64,000 bases of DNA from Parcubacteria group bacterium GW2011_GWC1_36_108 (GTDB taxonomy: Bacteria > Patescibacteriota > Minisyncoccia > Moranbacterales > GWC2-37-73), in assembly GCA_000991245.1 (NCBI GenBank), contig LBRD01000001.1, positions 69,467-133,466 of the forward strand, in the 5' to 3' direction. A program made the position numbers and the translations under genes. The notes beneath the pieces were generated by a model. The model was not told the origin of the DNA. It was given only the letters and a program-made list of their open reading frames with translations, and made no database searches. Positions 40,201 through 49,670 of this stretch are shown piece by piece (the stretch's first letter is position 1; the number at the start of each line of letters is the position of its first letter).

Positions 40201-40834
40201 AACTCCGGAATTAGTTGGACAAAAAATTGCTGTCGGTGGCGTGATTCAAAAAATTCAAAAAATTCTAACCAAGCGTCAAGAAACTATGCTTTTTGTTATG
40301 CTTGAAGATACTAAGGGGAAAATAGAAGTTTTGGTTTTTCCAAAAGTATTGGAACGAATTGGAAGTGTTTGGGAAGAAGAAAGAATGATTATTGCAGAAG
40401 GCAGACTTTCTGATAAGGATGGTGTTTATAAATTAATTGTTGATGAAGCCAAAGAACTTAACCGCAGTGAAATTGAAAATTATCTTCGCGTTGAGGCGAC
40501 AAAAAAAACTTACGGTGTGAAAGATGAGGATGACAATAATAAAAATGATCCACCCACTCCAAGCGGAGACAGTGGCAATCAACAACAAATCATTGACAAT
40601 AATCCAGCCACGCAAGCAACAAGAAAATTAATAATTACTCTGCCACGAAATGCAACGCCAGAGATAATTCACAATTTATCAAAATTTTTCAACACTTGTG
40701 CCATTGGACAATGCAAGGTTTTTTTGCATCATCAAGAAAATAAACTTGAAACACCTTTTTCCATCGAGCACAGCCCAACACTTTTAGATGAAATTAAAAA
40801 AATAGTTAACGGTGGAAATGCAGAACTTGCCTAA
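37283..40834 (+). CDS. dnaE: DNA polymerase III alpha subunit
   Basis: 1183 aa; PHP N-terminus MKYTHLHVHSHYSLLDG, polymerase core, OB-fold. Confidence 0.95.
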   Translation: MKYTHLHVHSHYSLLDGLGKVDDLLDRAKELGMESIALTDHGVMYGAVELFIKAKEKGIKAIIGCEMYVTAGDYTSKDATAENRKRYHLILLVKDEVGYHNLMKLVSLAHLDGFYYKPRIDRKLLRKYAKGLIGLSACTEGEIPAQIIMGNYDKAKELALEYKDIFDEGGFFLEVQDHKKYPSQAIANEGIFKLAKEINLPVVATCDVHYVNKEDASAQDILLCVQTNRKVYESDRMNLMDFDLSLRSPEEVLAGFPDNPEVLSNTQLVTDQCDFKIKMGETQLPHFDVPDGKTDMAYLVELCEKGLTKKYGENITEIHRTRMDYELSVIEKCGYGSYFLIVQDFVNWARANGIVVGPGRGSAAGSFVSYLTGITNVDPIEYNLLFERFLNPERVSMPDVDMDFADDRREDVLNYVRQKYGNDHVSQIITFGTMAARAAIRDTGRALGIPYDFCNKTSQMIPMFTSIKKALEEVPEFKDHYNSSEDARKLIDSAMRLEGVIRHAGMHACGVVITKEPVTYYSPIQNITGSREGTVTQYSSSTKSSYVEKIGLLKMDFLGLKNLTIIQNTLRIVKKTKGIDIDIDTIPIDDVKTYELLQEARTTGVFQLESSGMKRYLKMLKPTVIEDIIAMVALYRPGPMDWIPDFISGKHGRKIKYVHPKLEPILKNTYGVAVYQEQVMQIARDLAGFTMGEADVLRKAMGKKIFELIKEQKIKFVEGCIANGSTKEIAEKVFSFIEPFAGYGFNRSHAACYAIIGYQTAYLKAHYPAAFMAALQTSDQDNIDRIAIEAAECHDMGIKVLAPNVNESFEDFAVITATDGTESIRFGFNAIKNVGHVIASEIVAERKRNGKFKSLGDFLERVETKDLNKKSIDALAKVGALDELGERNQIVESMEQILMFTKSVQKSKNSNQVSLFGEAILETPQVPLLEVESASKKQQLKWEKELLGLYVSGHPVKEYQAYIDKVAVSLDKLTPELVGQKIAVGGVIQKIQKILTKRQETMLFVMLEDTKGKIEVLVFPKVLERIGSVWEEERMIIAEGRLSDKDGVYKLIVDEAKELNRSEIENYLRVEATKKTYGVKDEDDNNKNDPPTPSGDSGNQQQIIDNNPATQATRKLIITLPRNATPEIIHNLSKFFNTCAIGQCKVFLHHQENKLETPFSIEHSPTLLDEIKKIVNGGNAELA

Positions 40835-40845
40835 TTGACTTTTAG

Positions 40846-40873
40846 CATATTTTTGCTAAAGTAAGATTACAAT
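40846..40873 (+). promoter_or_regulatory. Sigma70-like promoter (TTGACT-16 nt-TAAAGT) upstream of thrS
   Basis: ttgacttttagcatatttttgctaaagt. Confidence 0.35.
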
Positions 40874-41174
40874 CAAATGGAGCTGCGGATTACCAACCCG
40901 CTTACAGGCTTCCGATTAAGCTGCTTGCGAACAAGCGCACAAAGTGCCCAAATAATACGGGAAATCGAGTGGAACCACCGCAGCGCAAGCTGGGGTCTCG
41001 ATAAAAAAACATTAATCTGTTTTTGCTGTATTGTTTAGGGTTTTTATTTTTAAATTTTTAATTTCCAATTTTGTAATTTTTAAATAAATCCTAATTTTTA
41101 ATGTTTAAAAAATTATGATTTTATATTTTATTTAAAAATTAAAAATTACAAAATTTAAAAATTAATACATAAGT

Positions 41175-42947
41175 ATGAAAGATGAATCAAACAAATTAGA
41201 ACTCCTCCGCCACTCCACTGCTCACATCCTTGCCAATGCTGTTTTGGAAATGTTTCCGGAAGCTAAATTTGGCATTGGACCGGCGGTGGAAAATGGATTT
41301 TATTACGACTTCGAACTTCCAAGAACTTTGATTCCGGAAGATCTTCCATTGTTGGAAGAAAAAATGAAAGCGATAATAAAAGCAAACCACGCATTTGAAA
41401 AAGCTGATGTTTCTGTTGAGCAGGCGATGGAAAAATTCAAAGAGCTTGATCAAACTTTAAAACTGGAACTTATTGATGATCTTCATAAGGCTGGAAATGA
41501 AACTGTCACGATTTATAAATCTGGACATTTTGTGGACCTCTGCTCTGGACCACACATTGAATCAACTGGCAAAATTCAGCACAATGCTTTTGCGCTTACA
41601 AAAATTTCCGGAGCTTATTGGAAAGGAGATGCTGAAAAGCAACAACTGCAAAGAATTTATGGAGTAGTATTTGAAAATAAAGAAGGACTCAAAAACTATT
41701 TCCACCTAGTTGAAGAAGCTGCAAAAAGGGATCATCGCAAACTTGGTAAGGAATTAGATTTATTTTGCTTTTCAGATTTAGTCGGACCAGGGCTTCCACT
41801 TTTCACGCCTAATGGAACCATCATCAAAGATGAACTGCAAAAGCATATTGAAAAAGTTTGCCGAGGATATGGTTTTCAAAAAGTTTCAACTCCACATCTT
41901 GCTAAAATAGATTTATATGAAAAATCAGGACATGCTCAAAAATTTGGAGATGAACTTTTCCAAGTAGCATCACATTACAAACAAAATTATGTGATGAAGC
42001 CTGTGCAATGTCCTCATCAAACTCAAATTTTTGCTTCTAAGGCTCGTTCATATCGAGACCTGCCTATTCGTTATATGGAAAGTGAAAAGCAATATCGCGA
42101 TGAAAAACCCGGAGAAATTGGTGGTCTTCAACGTGTAATTGCAATCACAGTTGAAGATGGTCACAGTTTCTGCACCGTTGATCAGGTCAAACAAGAAGTA
42201 AAAAATATGGTAGAAATTATTCAAAATTTTTATACATCATTGGGAATGTGGGAAAATCACCGTGTTTCACTTTCAGTGCGAGATTATGCACATCCAGAAA
42301 AATACATTGGAGAAGCCGCTGATTGGGATGTTTGCGAAAAAATGCTGCAAGATATTTCAGATGAAATGGGTCTAAATGCAATTAAACACGAAGGAGAAGC
42401 TGCGCTTTATGGTCCAAAATTAGATTTTATGTTTCAAGATTCTCTTGGCAAAGAAATTCAAATTCCAACAGTGCAACTTGACTTTGCTACTCCAAAGAGA
42501 TTTGAGTTGGAATATACCAATAACGAAGGAGGAAAATCTTCTCCAGTTATGGTGCATCGAGCAATTTTAGGATCTTACGAAAGATTTATGATGCTCCTCA
42601 TCGAACACTTTGCCGGAGCTTTTCCACTTTGGCTCTCCCCTGTTCAAGTTGCTGTTTTGCCAATTTCTGAAAAATTTGCAGACTACGCCGAAGAAGTAAA
42701 AAAGAAATTTTTAGAAAATGATATCCGTACCGAACTTAGCGACAAAGCTGAATCACTTGGCAAAAGAATTTCCGAAGCAGAAAAAATGAAAACTCCATAC
42801 ATTATTGTGGTTGGAGAAAAAGAAGTTGCAGACAAAACTGTAGCAATTCGAACTCGTGGAATTAGAGAGCAACAGACACTGCCAATTGACGAATTCATCG
42901 AAAAAATGGTAAAAGAAATTAAGGAAAAGAAACAATTAGTACCTTAA
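41175..42947 (+). CDS. thrS: Threonyl-tRNA synthetase (short form lacking the N-terminal TGS domain)
   Basis: 590 aa; HSTAHIL editing-domain motif, class II catalytic core and anticodon-binding domain. Confidence 0.85.
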   Translation: MKDESNKLELLRHSTAHILANAVLEMFPEAKFGIGPAVENGFYYDFELPRTLIPEDLPLLEEKMKAIIKANHAFEKADVSVEQAMEKFKELDQTLKLELIDDLHKAGNETVTIYKSGHFVDLCSGPHIESTGKIQHNAFALTKISGAYWKGDAEKQQLQRIYGVVFENKEGLKNYFHLVEEAAKRDHRKLGKELDLFCFSDLVGPGLPLFTPNGTIIKDELQKHIEKVCRGYGFQKVSTPHLAKIDLYEKSGHAQKFGDELFQVASHYKQNYVMKPVQCPHQTQIFASKARSYRDLPIRYMESEKQYRDEKPGEIGGLQRVIAITVEDGHSFCTVDQVKQEVKNMVEIIQNFYTSLGMWENHRVSLSVRDYAHPEKYIGEAADWDVCEKMLQDISDEMGLNAIKHEGEAALYGPKLDFMFQDSLGKEIQIPTVQLDFATPKRFELEYTNNEGGKSSPVMVHRAILGSYERFMMLLIEHFAGAFPLWLSPVQVAVLPISEKFADYAEEVKKKFLENDIRTELSDKAESLGKRISEAEKMKTPYIIVVGEKEVADKTVAIRTRGIREQQTLPIDEFIEKMVKEIKEKKQLVP

Positions 42948-42973
42948 TTTTATCTCAATAAGGGAGGTGTCCA

Positions 42974-43246
42974 ATGTCTGTGAATACATACAAAGAAGGT
43001 GGAGAGCGGCGAGATGTAATTCTCAAAAAAGATCATCTACACTTGCCAGATGGAAAGCCTATACCAGTTGCAGAAAGATGTTACACATCTATACCTTCAA
43101 CTGGCCAAGAAAAAGCACCCCAGGGGCATAGAGAAAAAACAAAAAACATCGGCGTGTTGCCAAAAACATCACTACCGAAAACGACATTGGCAGAAAAAAC
43201 GAAACTCCCAAAAACTTCGTTTTTTCCAAAAACCCCAATGAAGTGA
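42974..43246 (+). CDS. Small hypothetical protein with lysine-rich C-terminal repeats
   Basis: 90 aa; good SD (aagggaggtg); C-terminal LPKTSLPKTTLAEKTKLPKTSFFPKTP repeats. Confidence 0.35.
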   Translation: MSVNTYKEGGERRDVILKKDHLHLPDGKPIPVAERCYTSIPSTGQEKAPQGHREKTKNIGVLPKTSLPKTTLAEKTKLPKTSFFPKTPMK

Positions 43247-43254
43247 GTTTCCTC

Positions 43255-43290
43255 AATGGAGTCGCAACCGCGGCTCCATTACCCTTTTAT
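43255..43290 (+). terminator. Rho-independent terminator
   Basis: aatggagtcgc aac cgcggctccatt followed by acccttttat. Confidence 0.6.
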
Positions 43291-43335
43291 ACAATTACTG
43301 TATTTTGCTATATGTTTTATGTTATCTGATTATTT

Positions 43336-44733
43336 ATGAAATATTTTATCAAAACATTTGGTTGCCAGATGAATGTTAGCGACAGCGAGCGCATCGCTGC
43401 TTTTTTAGAGCAGCATAATTTTTCTGTTGCTGATAACATCAAAGAAGCTGATTTGGCAATTTTCAATACTTGCGGAATAAAACAAACTGCTGAAAACCGC
43501 GCTTACAGCATGATCAACAATTTGCGCAAGGAGAAAAAACAAGACGTAAAGATAATAATGACGGGCTGCCTTGCAAATCGCGCGGATGTGCAGAAGAGAA
43601 TGAAATCAAAAGTTGATTTATTCTTCCCCGTTAAAGATATTAGGGAATTTGAAAATTGGATCATTGAAAATTATTTGGAAATTGGAAATTGGAAATTGGA
43701 AATTGCGGCACCAAATAAAATTACCAACAAAGAAAAAATCGCATATCTCTCTATTAATCCAAAATATAGTAGCAATTATGCCGCTTATGTTCCTATTATG
43801 ACTGGCTGCAATAATTTCTGCAGTTATTGTGTTGTTCCAAATGCGCGCGGACGCGAGGTTTCTCGTCCTGTAGAAGAAATAATCAAAGAAATTAAAAACC
43901 TTATTACAAAAGGATACAAAAGCATCACACTACTGGGACAAAATGTTAATAGTTATACTTCAAAGGTTTATAAAGTTCGTAAGGTTCGTAAGGTTCATAA
44001 AGAAAACATAGAGGAAATTAATTTTTCGAAATTGTTAAAAAAAATAAATTCAGTTCCAGGAAAATTCTGGATTAGTTTTGTTTCGTCGCATCCCAAAGAT
44101 ATGAGCGATGAATTAATAGAAACAGTAGCAAAATGCAAAAAGGTTTGCGAATGGATTCATTTGCCAATGCAAGCTGGGGATGATGAAATTTTGCGAAGAA
44201 TGAATAGAAAATATACCCAAAAACATTATTTACAGCAAATTAAAAAAATGCGAGCTGCATTTAAAAAATACAAACCTGATTCACTACATTCCATTTCATC
44301 TGATATTATTGTGGGTTTTCCCGGTGAAACAAACAAACAGTTTCTTGAGTCTGCTGAAGTAATGAAGAAATCAAAATTTGATATGGTCTTTTTCGGGCAA
44401 TACTCTCCCCGCCCTGAAACAGTAGCCTGGAAAATGAAAGACAATGTTTCACAAAAAGAAAAGTTTAGGCGTGAAAATTTTCTTAATGAAATTCTCAAGA
44501 AAACCGCTTTTGCAAATAATAAAAAATATGTTGGCAAAACTTTCGAAGTACTTATTGAAACCTGTCGCTCGCGAGCGACGGGTGAAAAAGAAAAAAACAA
44601 TGTCTACTTCGGCAAAACCAGAACCCAGAAAAATGTAAAGCTTATTTCTAACAAAAAAATTCAAATCGGAACATTTATGAAAGTTGAAATTACTAAAGCT
44701 AACATTTGGAACTTAGAAGGTAAAGCAAAATAA
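43336..44733 (+). CDS. miaB: tRNA-2-methylthio-N6-dimethylallyladenosine synthase (MiaB/RimO family methylthiotransferase)
   Basis: 465 aa; UPF0004 cysteines (FGCQMN...NTCGI...TGCL), radical-SAM CNNFCSYC, TRAM C-terminus. In-frame simple-repeat inserts EIGNWKLEI (ggaaatt x3) and KVYKVRKVRKVHK (aaggttcgt x2). Confidence 0.8.
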   Translation: MKYFIKTFGCQMNVSDSERIAAFLEQHNFSVADNIKEADLAIFNTCGIKQTAENRAYSMINNLRKEKKQDVKIIMTGCLANRADVQKRMKSKVDLFFPVKDIREFENWIIENYLEIGNWKLEIAAPNKITNKEKIAYLSINPKYSSNYAAYVPIMTGCNNFCSYCVVPNARGREVSRPVEEIIKEIKNLITKGYKSITLLGQNVNSYTSKVYKVRKVRKVHKENIEEINFSKLLKKINSVPGKFWISFVSSHPKDMSDELIETVAKCKKVCEWIHLPMQAGDDEILRRMNRKYTQKHYLQQIKKMRAAFKKYKPDSLHSISSDIIVGFPGETNKQFLESAEVMKKSKFDMVFFGQYSPRPETVAWKMKDNVSQKEKFRRENFLNEILKKTAFANNKKYVGKTFEVLIETCRSRATGEKEKNNVYFGKTRTQKNVKLISNKKIQIGTFMKVEITKANIWNLEGKAK

Positions 44734-44734
44734 T

Positions 44735-45670
44735 ATGCAAACACAAGCACCAAAAATCATCGTTGTTATGGGACCCACCGCTTCTGGTAAATCCGGAATC
44801 GCTATTAAACTTGCTCAAAAATTTAATGGTGAAATTATCTCAGCCGATTCAAGACAGATTTACAGAGGTCTTGATATTGGCGCAGGCAAAGTTGATGGAG
44901 CATGGAGCATGGAGCATGGAATATTTGTTTCTGACAATGTTTTACACCACTTGATTGATGTGGCTGAGCCAATGGAAGATTATAATATTTCACATTTCAA
45001 AAAAGATGCTGAAAAAATAATTAGAGAAATTATTGAGCGTGGAAAAATCCCAATCATTTGCGGTGGAACAAATTTTTGGATTGATTCAATCACGAAAAAC
45101 ACAACCATACCCGAAGTCGCACCCGACGAACTGCTACGTAGCATGTTACGTAGCAAAACAACTGAGGAACTTTTTGAAGAATTAAAAAAACTTGATCCTG
45201 AGCGCGCGAAAAACATCGATGCAAAAAACCCAGTGCGCCTCATTCGCGCAATTGAAATATGCAAAGAACTTGGCGCAGTTCCAATGTTGTCAGTTGTCAG
45301 TTATGAGTCGTCAGTTAAAAAATATGCTTTTTTGCAAATTGGGATAAAAACTGAGCGAGAAGAATTAAATGCAAAAATACAAAAACGCCTTAATGAACGT
45401 TTTGATGAGGGGATGATTCAAGAAGTTGAAAAGCTCCAAAAAAATGGAGTTTCTTGGCAATGGATGGAGCGCATTGGCTTGGAATATCGCTGGATATCAA
45501 GATTTCTGCAAAACAAGGTTGAGTTAGATGAGATGAAAAAACTTTTATATTTTGACATTATCCACTTCGCCAAACGTCAAATGACTTGGCTTAAAAGAAA
45601 CAAAGATATTGTCTGGCTAGACAAGTATGAAGATATTGAAAAAGAAGTTAAAAATTTTCTTGAAAAATAA
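44735..45670 (+). CDS. miaA: tRNA dimethylallyltransferase
   Basis: 311 aa; P-loop GPTASGKS and DSRQIYRGLDIG. In-frame repeats ggagcat x3 (GAWSMEHG) and tacgtagcatgt tacgtagca (LLRSMLRSK). Confidence 0.85.
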   Translation: MQTQAPKIIVVMGPTASGKSGIAIKLAQKFNGEIISADSRQIYRGLDIGAGKVDGAWSMEHGIFVSDNVLHHLIDVAEPMEDYNISHFKKDAEKIIREIIERGKIPIICGGTNFWIDSITKNTTIPEVAPDELLRSMLRSKTTEELFEELKKLDPERAKNIDAKNPVRLIRAIEICKELGAVPMLSVVSYESSVKKYAFLQIGIKTEREELNAKIQKRLNERFDEGMIQEVEKLQKNGVSWQWMERIGLEYRWISRFLQNKVELDEMKKLLYFDIIHFAKRQMTWLKRNKDIVWLDKYEDIEKEVKNFLEK

Positions 45671-45751
45671 GAGGTATAAACCTCTTGAGAAATGTCGCTC
45701 ACTCGGAAATATTCGTCTGCTGACGAATCATTTCGCTCGTTTTGCTAGATA

Positions 45752-45793
45752 ATAAAAGAGGGCTGACGTGTTTCGCGTCAGCCCTTTATTTCC
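45752..45793. terminator. Bidirectional rho-independent terminator between miaA and the convergent minus-strand gene
   Basis: agagggctgacg tgtttcg cgtcagccct with aataaaa upstream and ttatttcc downstream. Confidence 0.65.
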
Positions 45794-45800
45794 ACAATTC

Positions 45801-46046
45801 TTATGCTGCCAATAAATAGTCTAAGTGTGATTTCTCTGCAAATCCACCCAGTTGTTGCGGATGTCCAGCGCAACAGCAGCATGTTTCATTTTTAAGATTC
45901 ATATTTCTTGCCTTTTCAACAGGTCCAACACTCAATGTCCAAATATCTTGGAAATTGTTTTCTCCAAACATAACCCTTTCCTTTACTGCTTTTCCACAAT
46001 GATCACACCAAGCAACAAGCTGATTTCCGTTTGTACACATAGACAC
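45801..46046 (-). CDS. Small Cys-rich hypothetical protein (possible Zn or Fe-S binding)
   Basis: 81 aa; CDHCGK and CCCCAGH cysteine clusters. Confidence 0.35.
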   Translation of the reverse strand: MSMCTNGNQLVAWCDHCGKAVKERVMFGENNFQDIWTLSVGPVEKARNMNLKNETCCCCAGHPQQLGGFAEKSHLDYLLAA

Positions 46047-46289
46047 ACCCCTTTCTTGAACATCTCTGTATTCAAGTTGTTATAGGTTAACTGCATTTTT
46101 TCAAAGAACCGATTTTTGCTCAAAAAAAATCACCATCACTGGCGATTTTCAATCACATATTTTTACTATATATTCAAATTTTCCTTGTATTTTTTTACTC
46201 ATTAAAATCATTATACACCCACCCTATTTCCAATACAAATTGACTTATCCACAGACTCAAAGTCCATTTCAGTATCAGCTACTAACTGT

Positions 46290-46682
46290 TTAGATTTCTT
46301 TATTTGTAAGATATTTATAAATAGAATTTAATTTGTTAAGCACTGGCAAAACTTCTGCTATATTGCCATACACTGAAAGATTTTTAATGTCATCACTTAT
46401 CTGATTAGCTATGTCTTCTCGATCTTTAATTGGGGCAAATTCTGCAATCTTCACAAAACCCATATATTTCTCCATATCAATGCTTTCTATAATTTCTTTT
46501 GCTGCATCTTCGGAGTTGTCTGGATTTTTTATATCACTTCTAATTCTTTCCGTAGCCTGAAGCATGACAACGTCGGGATCAATTCCTTTTTTTTGCAATT
46601 TTTCCCTTTCTGCTGGTGTAAGTGAAACCTGCCCCTTTTTGTATTCATGTAATCCTCTTCCTTGTGATATTTTTTCAGGCAT
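46290..46682 (-). CDS. Hypothetical protein
   Basis: 130 aa ORF, abuts gatB in the same orientation. Confidence 0.4.
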   Translation of the reverse strand: MPEKISQGRGLHEYKKGQVSLTPAEREKLQKKGIDPDVVMLQATERIRSDIKNPDNSEDAAKEIIESIDMEKYMGFVKIAEFAPIKDREDIANQISDDIKNLSVYGNIAEVLPVLNKLNSIYKYLTNKEI

Positions 46683-46686
46683 ATTT

Positions 46687-48168
46687 TTATTTTAATTTAT
46701 TAATTAGCATTTCCATTACCACTTGAGGATTCGCTTTACCGCCAGTTTCCTTCATAACCTGCCCCATTAGGAATTTAAGTGCATTATCTTTCCCTGCTTT
46801 ATAATCTACAACTGATTTTTCATTTACACTAAGAACACTGTCTACAGCGGCTTCCAACTGCGAAGCATCTTCCATTTGCCCAAGATTTTTTTCTTCAATG
46901 ATTTGGGATGGATCGCCACCAGTGTGATACATTTCCTTGAGCACGGTTTGCGCAGCAGAAGAATTTATTTTCCCATCCGCCACAATTCCAATAAACTCAG
47001 CATAATTCTCAGCTGAAATTTTAAGGTCACGAATGTCGTGATTATTCTCTGCCAAATGCTTGCGAACTTCTGATATAAGATAATTCACTGCCAACTTAAT
47101 GGTTTTTTCTTCGCCAACTTCAATTTCATGTGAAGAAATTTTTTCCTTAATTTCACTAATAACATTTTCAAAATATTCAGCCAAATCAGCTTGGGCAGTT
47201 AAGATCAAAATATCATCCATCTTTAACCCATATTCCTCAGCAAATCTTTTCTCTTTTGCAGCAGGAAGTTCTGGCAATTTGCAGCGTAAATTTTCAACAT
47301 ACTCAGCAGTAAATTCCATCGGTGGAATATCTGGTTCTGGAAAATATCTGTAATCATGAGCGGATTCTTTTTTTCTTTGCGACACTGTCACATTTTTCAC
47401 ACTATCCCAACCGCGAGTTTCCTGAACAATTTTTTCTCCATTTTCCAAAGCCTCAGTTTGACGTTCAATTTCATAGTTAATGGCTTTTTCCACAAACCTA
47501 AAAGAGTTGATATTCTTCACTTCCACTTTAGTTCCGCTTAGTTTTTCCTCATTTTCTTTGTGCAGTGAGAGATTAACTTCGCAGCGCATATTGCCCTTTT
47601 CCATATCCGCATCAGAAATGCCTAAGTAGCGACAAATTTGCTGAAGTCGGGTGCAAAATATCCGAGCTTGCTCCCCATTTTCAATGTCAGGTTCCGTCAC
47701 AAGCTCCATTAAAGGCACTCCAGCGCGGTTATAGTCCACTAGAGTATAATCGGCGCCCTCGGGATGAATCAGCTTTCCTGTGTCCTCCTCGAGATGAATT
47801 CGGGTCACTCCAATGTGCTTTTCTTCGCCATTAGACGTTTGAATATCCATATGTCCCAACCCGCAAAGTGGCTGGTCATATTGTGAAATTTGATAGCCTT
47901 TTGGAAGATCTGGATAAAAATAGTTTTTGCGGTCAAATTTAGATTTCAGATTTAACTCACAATTTAGCGCAAGCCCTGCCAATTGCACAAACTCAATAGC
48001 CTGCTGGTTTGGCACTGGCAAAGTTCCCGGCTGCGCTGTGCAAACAGGACAAATATGAATATTTGGTTTTTTCTCAAGTCCAAGTCCATTTTTGGAATTA
48101 CAAAACATCTTAGAATGTGTTTTGAGCTCCACATGAACTTCCATACCGATGACTGGGATATATTTCAT
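46687..48168 (-). CDS. gatB: Asp/Glu-tRNA(Asn/Gln) amidotransferase subunit B
   Basis: 493 aa; MKYIPVIGMEVHVELKTHSKMFC N-terminus. Confidence 0.9.
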   Translation of the reverse strand: MKYIPVIGMEVHVELKTHSKMFCNSKNGLGLEKKPNIHICPVCTAQPGTLPVPNQQAIEFVQLAGLALNCELNLKSKFDRKNYFYPDLPKGYQISQYDQPLCGLGHMDIQTSNGEEKHIGVTRIHLEEDTGKLIHPEGADYTLVDYNRAGVPLMELVTEPDIENGEQARIFCTRLQQICRYLGISDADMEKGNMRCEVNLSLHKENEEKLSGTKVEVKNINSFRFVEKAINYEIERQTEALENGEKIVQETRGWDSVKNVTVSQRKKESAHDYRYFPEPDIPPMEFTAEYVENLRCKLPELPAAKEKRFAEEYGLKMDDILILTAQADLAEYFENVISEIKEKISSHEIEVGEEKTIKLAVNYLISEVRKHLAENNHDIRDLKISAENYAEFIGIVADGKINSSAAQTVLKEMYHTGGDPSQIIEEKNLGQMEDASQLEAAVDSVLSVNEKSVVDYKAGKDNALKFLMGQVMKETGGKANPQVVMEMLINKLK

Positions 48169-48282
48169 AAATAATTTTTAATTTTTAATTTTTAATTTTT
48201 AATCAATTTCAAATGACCAAATTTTAAAATTAAAAATTCATATTTTATTTCAAATTTCAAATTAAAAATTTCAAATTTTGCT

Positions 48283-48621
48283 TTAACGGTTGTCTCCATT
48301 TCCATGTGTCATATTTCTTTCTCTCCTACTTCTTATTTTTTCTATATTGTCATTTGCAACATCATCAAGAGAAAGTTCAAATTCGCTAGCAATCTGGGAA
48401 AGATACCATAAAACATCTCCCAATTCTTTTCCCACTTCTTCTCTTGAACTATCGTCTACCACGCCATCCTTATCTCTGATGATTTTCTTTATTTTTTCTG
48501 CAACCTCACCAGTTTCGCCCGCTAATCCAATCACAGGAAAAGAAAAATTGCTTCCAATTCCGGGATAAATAGCGTGTTTACGAGATTCTTTTTGATATTC
48601 ATTAAAGTCCATATCTTTCAA
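48283..48621 (-). CDS. MazG-like nucleotide pyrophosphohydrolase (second copy)
   Basis: 112 aa; GLAGETGEVAEKIKK and ELGDVLWYL helices. Confidence 0.55.
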   Translation of the reverse strand: MKDMDFNEYQKESRKHAIYPGIGSNFSFPVIGLAGETGEVAEKIKKIIRDKDGVVDDSSREEVGKELGDVLWYLSQIASEFELSLDDVANDNIEKIRSRRERNMTHGNGDNR

Positions 48622-48633
48622 ACTTAGAATAAT

Positions 48634-49059
48634 TTATTTTAATCCAGTACTTCCAAACCCTCCATCTCCCCTGTTTGTTTCTTCCAATTCTTCCACTTGC
48701 TCAATTTCCGGTATTTCAATTTTTTGAAAAAGCACCTGTGCAATTTTTTGACCTTTTTCTATTTTAAAATCCTCTTTTCCTAAGTTTACCAGCCCAACCA
48801 AATATTCGCCATTATAATTACTATCAATAACACCGCCCAGCGTTTTAATCCCAAATTTGTGTGATGGACCACTTTTATCCCAAATAAGGGCTGCATACCC
48901 CTCAGGAATTTTTATTGCAATTCCAGTAGGACAAGAAATTCTTTCTCCTGGCTTTAATATTAATTCAGTAACAGAATATAAATCCATCCCAACATCGCCA
49001 GCCAGCGCGAACTGCGGAATTTTAGCATCTGGATGAAGTTTTTTTATTTGAATTTTCAT
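48634..49059 (-). CDS. dut: dUTP diphosphatase
   Basis: 141 aa; AGDVGMDLYS motif and C-terminal RGDGGFGSTG (motif 5). Confidence 0.8.
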   Translation of the reverse strand: MKIQIKKLHPDAKIPQFALAGDVGMDLYSVTELILKPGERISCPTGIAIKIPEGYAALIWDKSGPSHKFGIKTLGGVIDSNYNGEYLVGLVNLGKEDFKIEKGQKIAQVLFQKIEIPEIEQVEELEETNRGDGGFGSTGLK

Positions 49060-49060
49060 T

Positions 49061-49666
49061 TTATAATAAAATTTCTACCTGCTCAATAATATCCTTGTGC
49101 ACTTTATCAATCTTTTGTTTTGCGCTTACCTTTGTCCAGCCATAACGATCACAAAGTAAAAAATGAAAATTTCTACAAATTTCGATTCTTTCCGAATCCA
49201 TTTCATTACGATGATCTTTCTCGATGGCACTCAAAAATCTTGGACCATCCATCAATATTTCCAAATCAGGTTTCAATAAATCCTCATTTATATCTTCAAC
49301 ATAATCAAGCTTTCCTCCCCATGTCAAACCCCAAGAAATTCCCGTACCAGTATAATCCTCAGCCACAATCCATTCCCCATTTTTCAATCTTTCTCTTAAG
49401 GTTGGCTCATAACGCATGCGGTTTTCTGCATATTTTTTTTGCAGTTTGTGCGTGGAAAGTTCATTATTTTTTCTAAATTCCGGATCACGAAGATATTTAT
49501 AAATAAAAGGTCCTTCTGGTTCCAAATCATAAACGGGATATTTTAAACGCGAAGCATTTTTGCCTTTGCTTTTCAAATATTCTACCAACAATTCAACTTG
49601 GGTAGTTTTCCCAATACCATTAATTCCATAAATGGCAATGAATTTTCCCGTTTCTTTTTCCGTCAT
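49061..49666 (-). CDS. tmk: Thymidylate-kinase-like P-loop nucleotide kinase
   Basis: 201 aa; FIAIYGINGIGKTTQ P-loop in dTMP-kinase style. The lid region is divergent, so specificity is uncertain. Confidence 0.5.
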   Translation of the reverse strand: MTEKETGKFIAIYGINGIGKTTQVELLVEYLKSKGKNASRLKYPVYDLEPEGPFIYKYLRDPEFRKNNELSTHKLQKKYAENRMRYEPTLRERLKNGEWIVAEDYTGTGISWGLTWGGKLDYVEDINEDLLKPDLEILMDGPRFLSAIEKDHRNEMDSERIEICRNFHFLLCDRYGWTKVSAKQKIDKVHKDIIEQVEILL

Positions 49667-49670
49667 ACTA

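Noticed and set aside
40880-41020. SRP RNA, tmRNA or RNase P RNA in the dnaE-thrS spacer
   Set aside because: None of the hallmark motifs were found (SRP domain IV GGAA/AGCAG, tmRNA tag-reading frame, RNase P CR-I/CR-V). Only a weak T-box-like resemblance remains.
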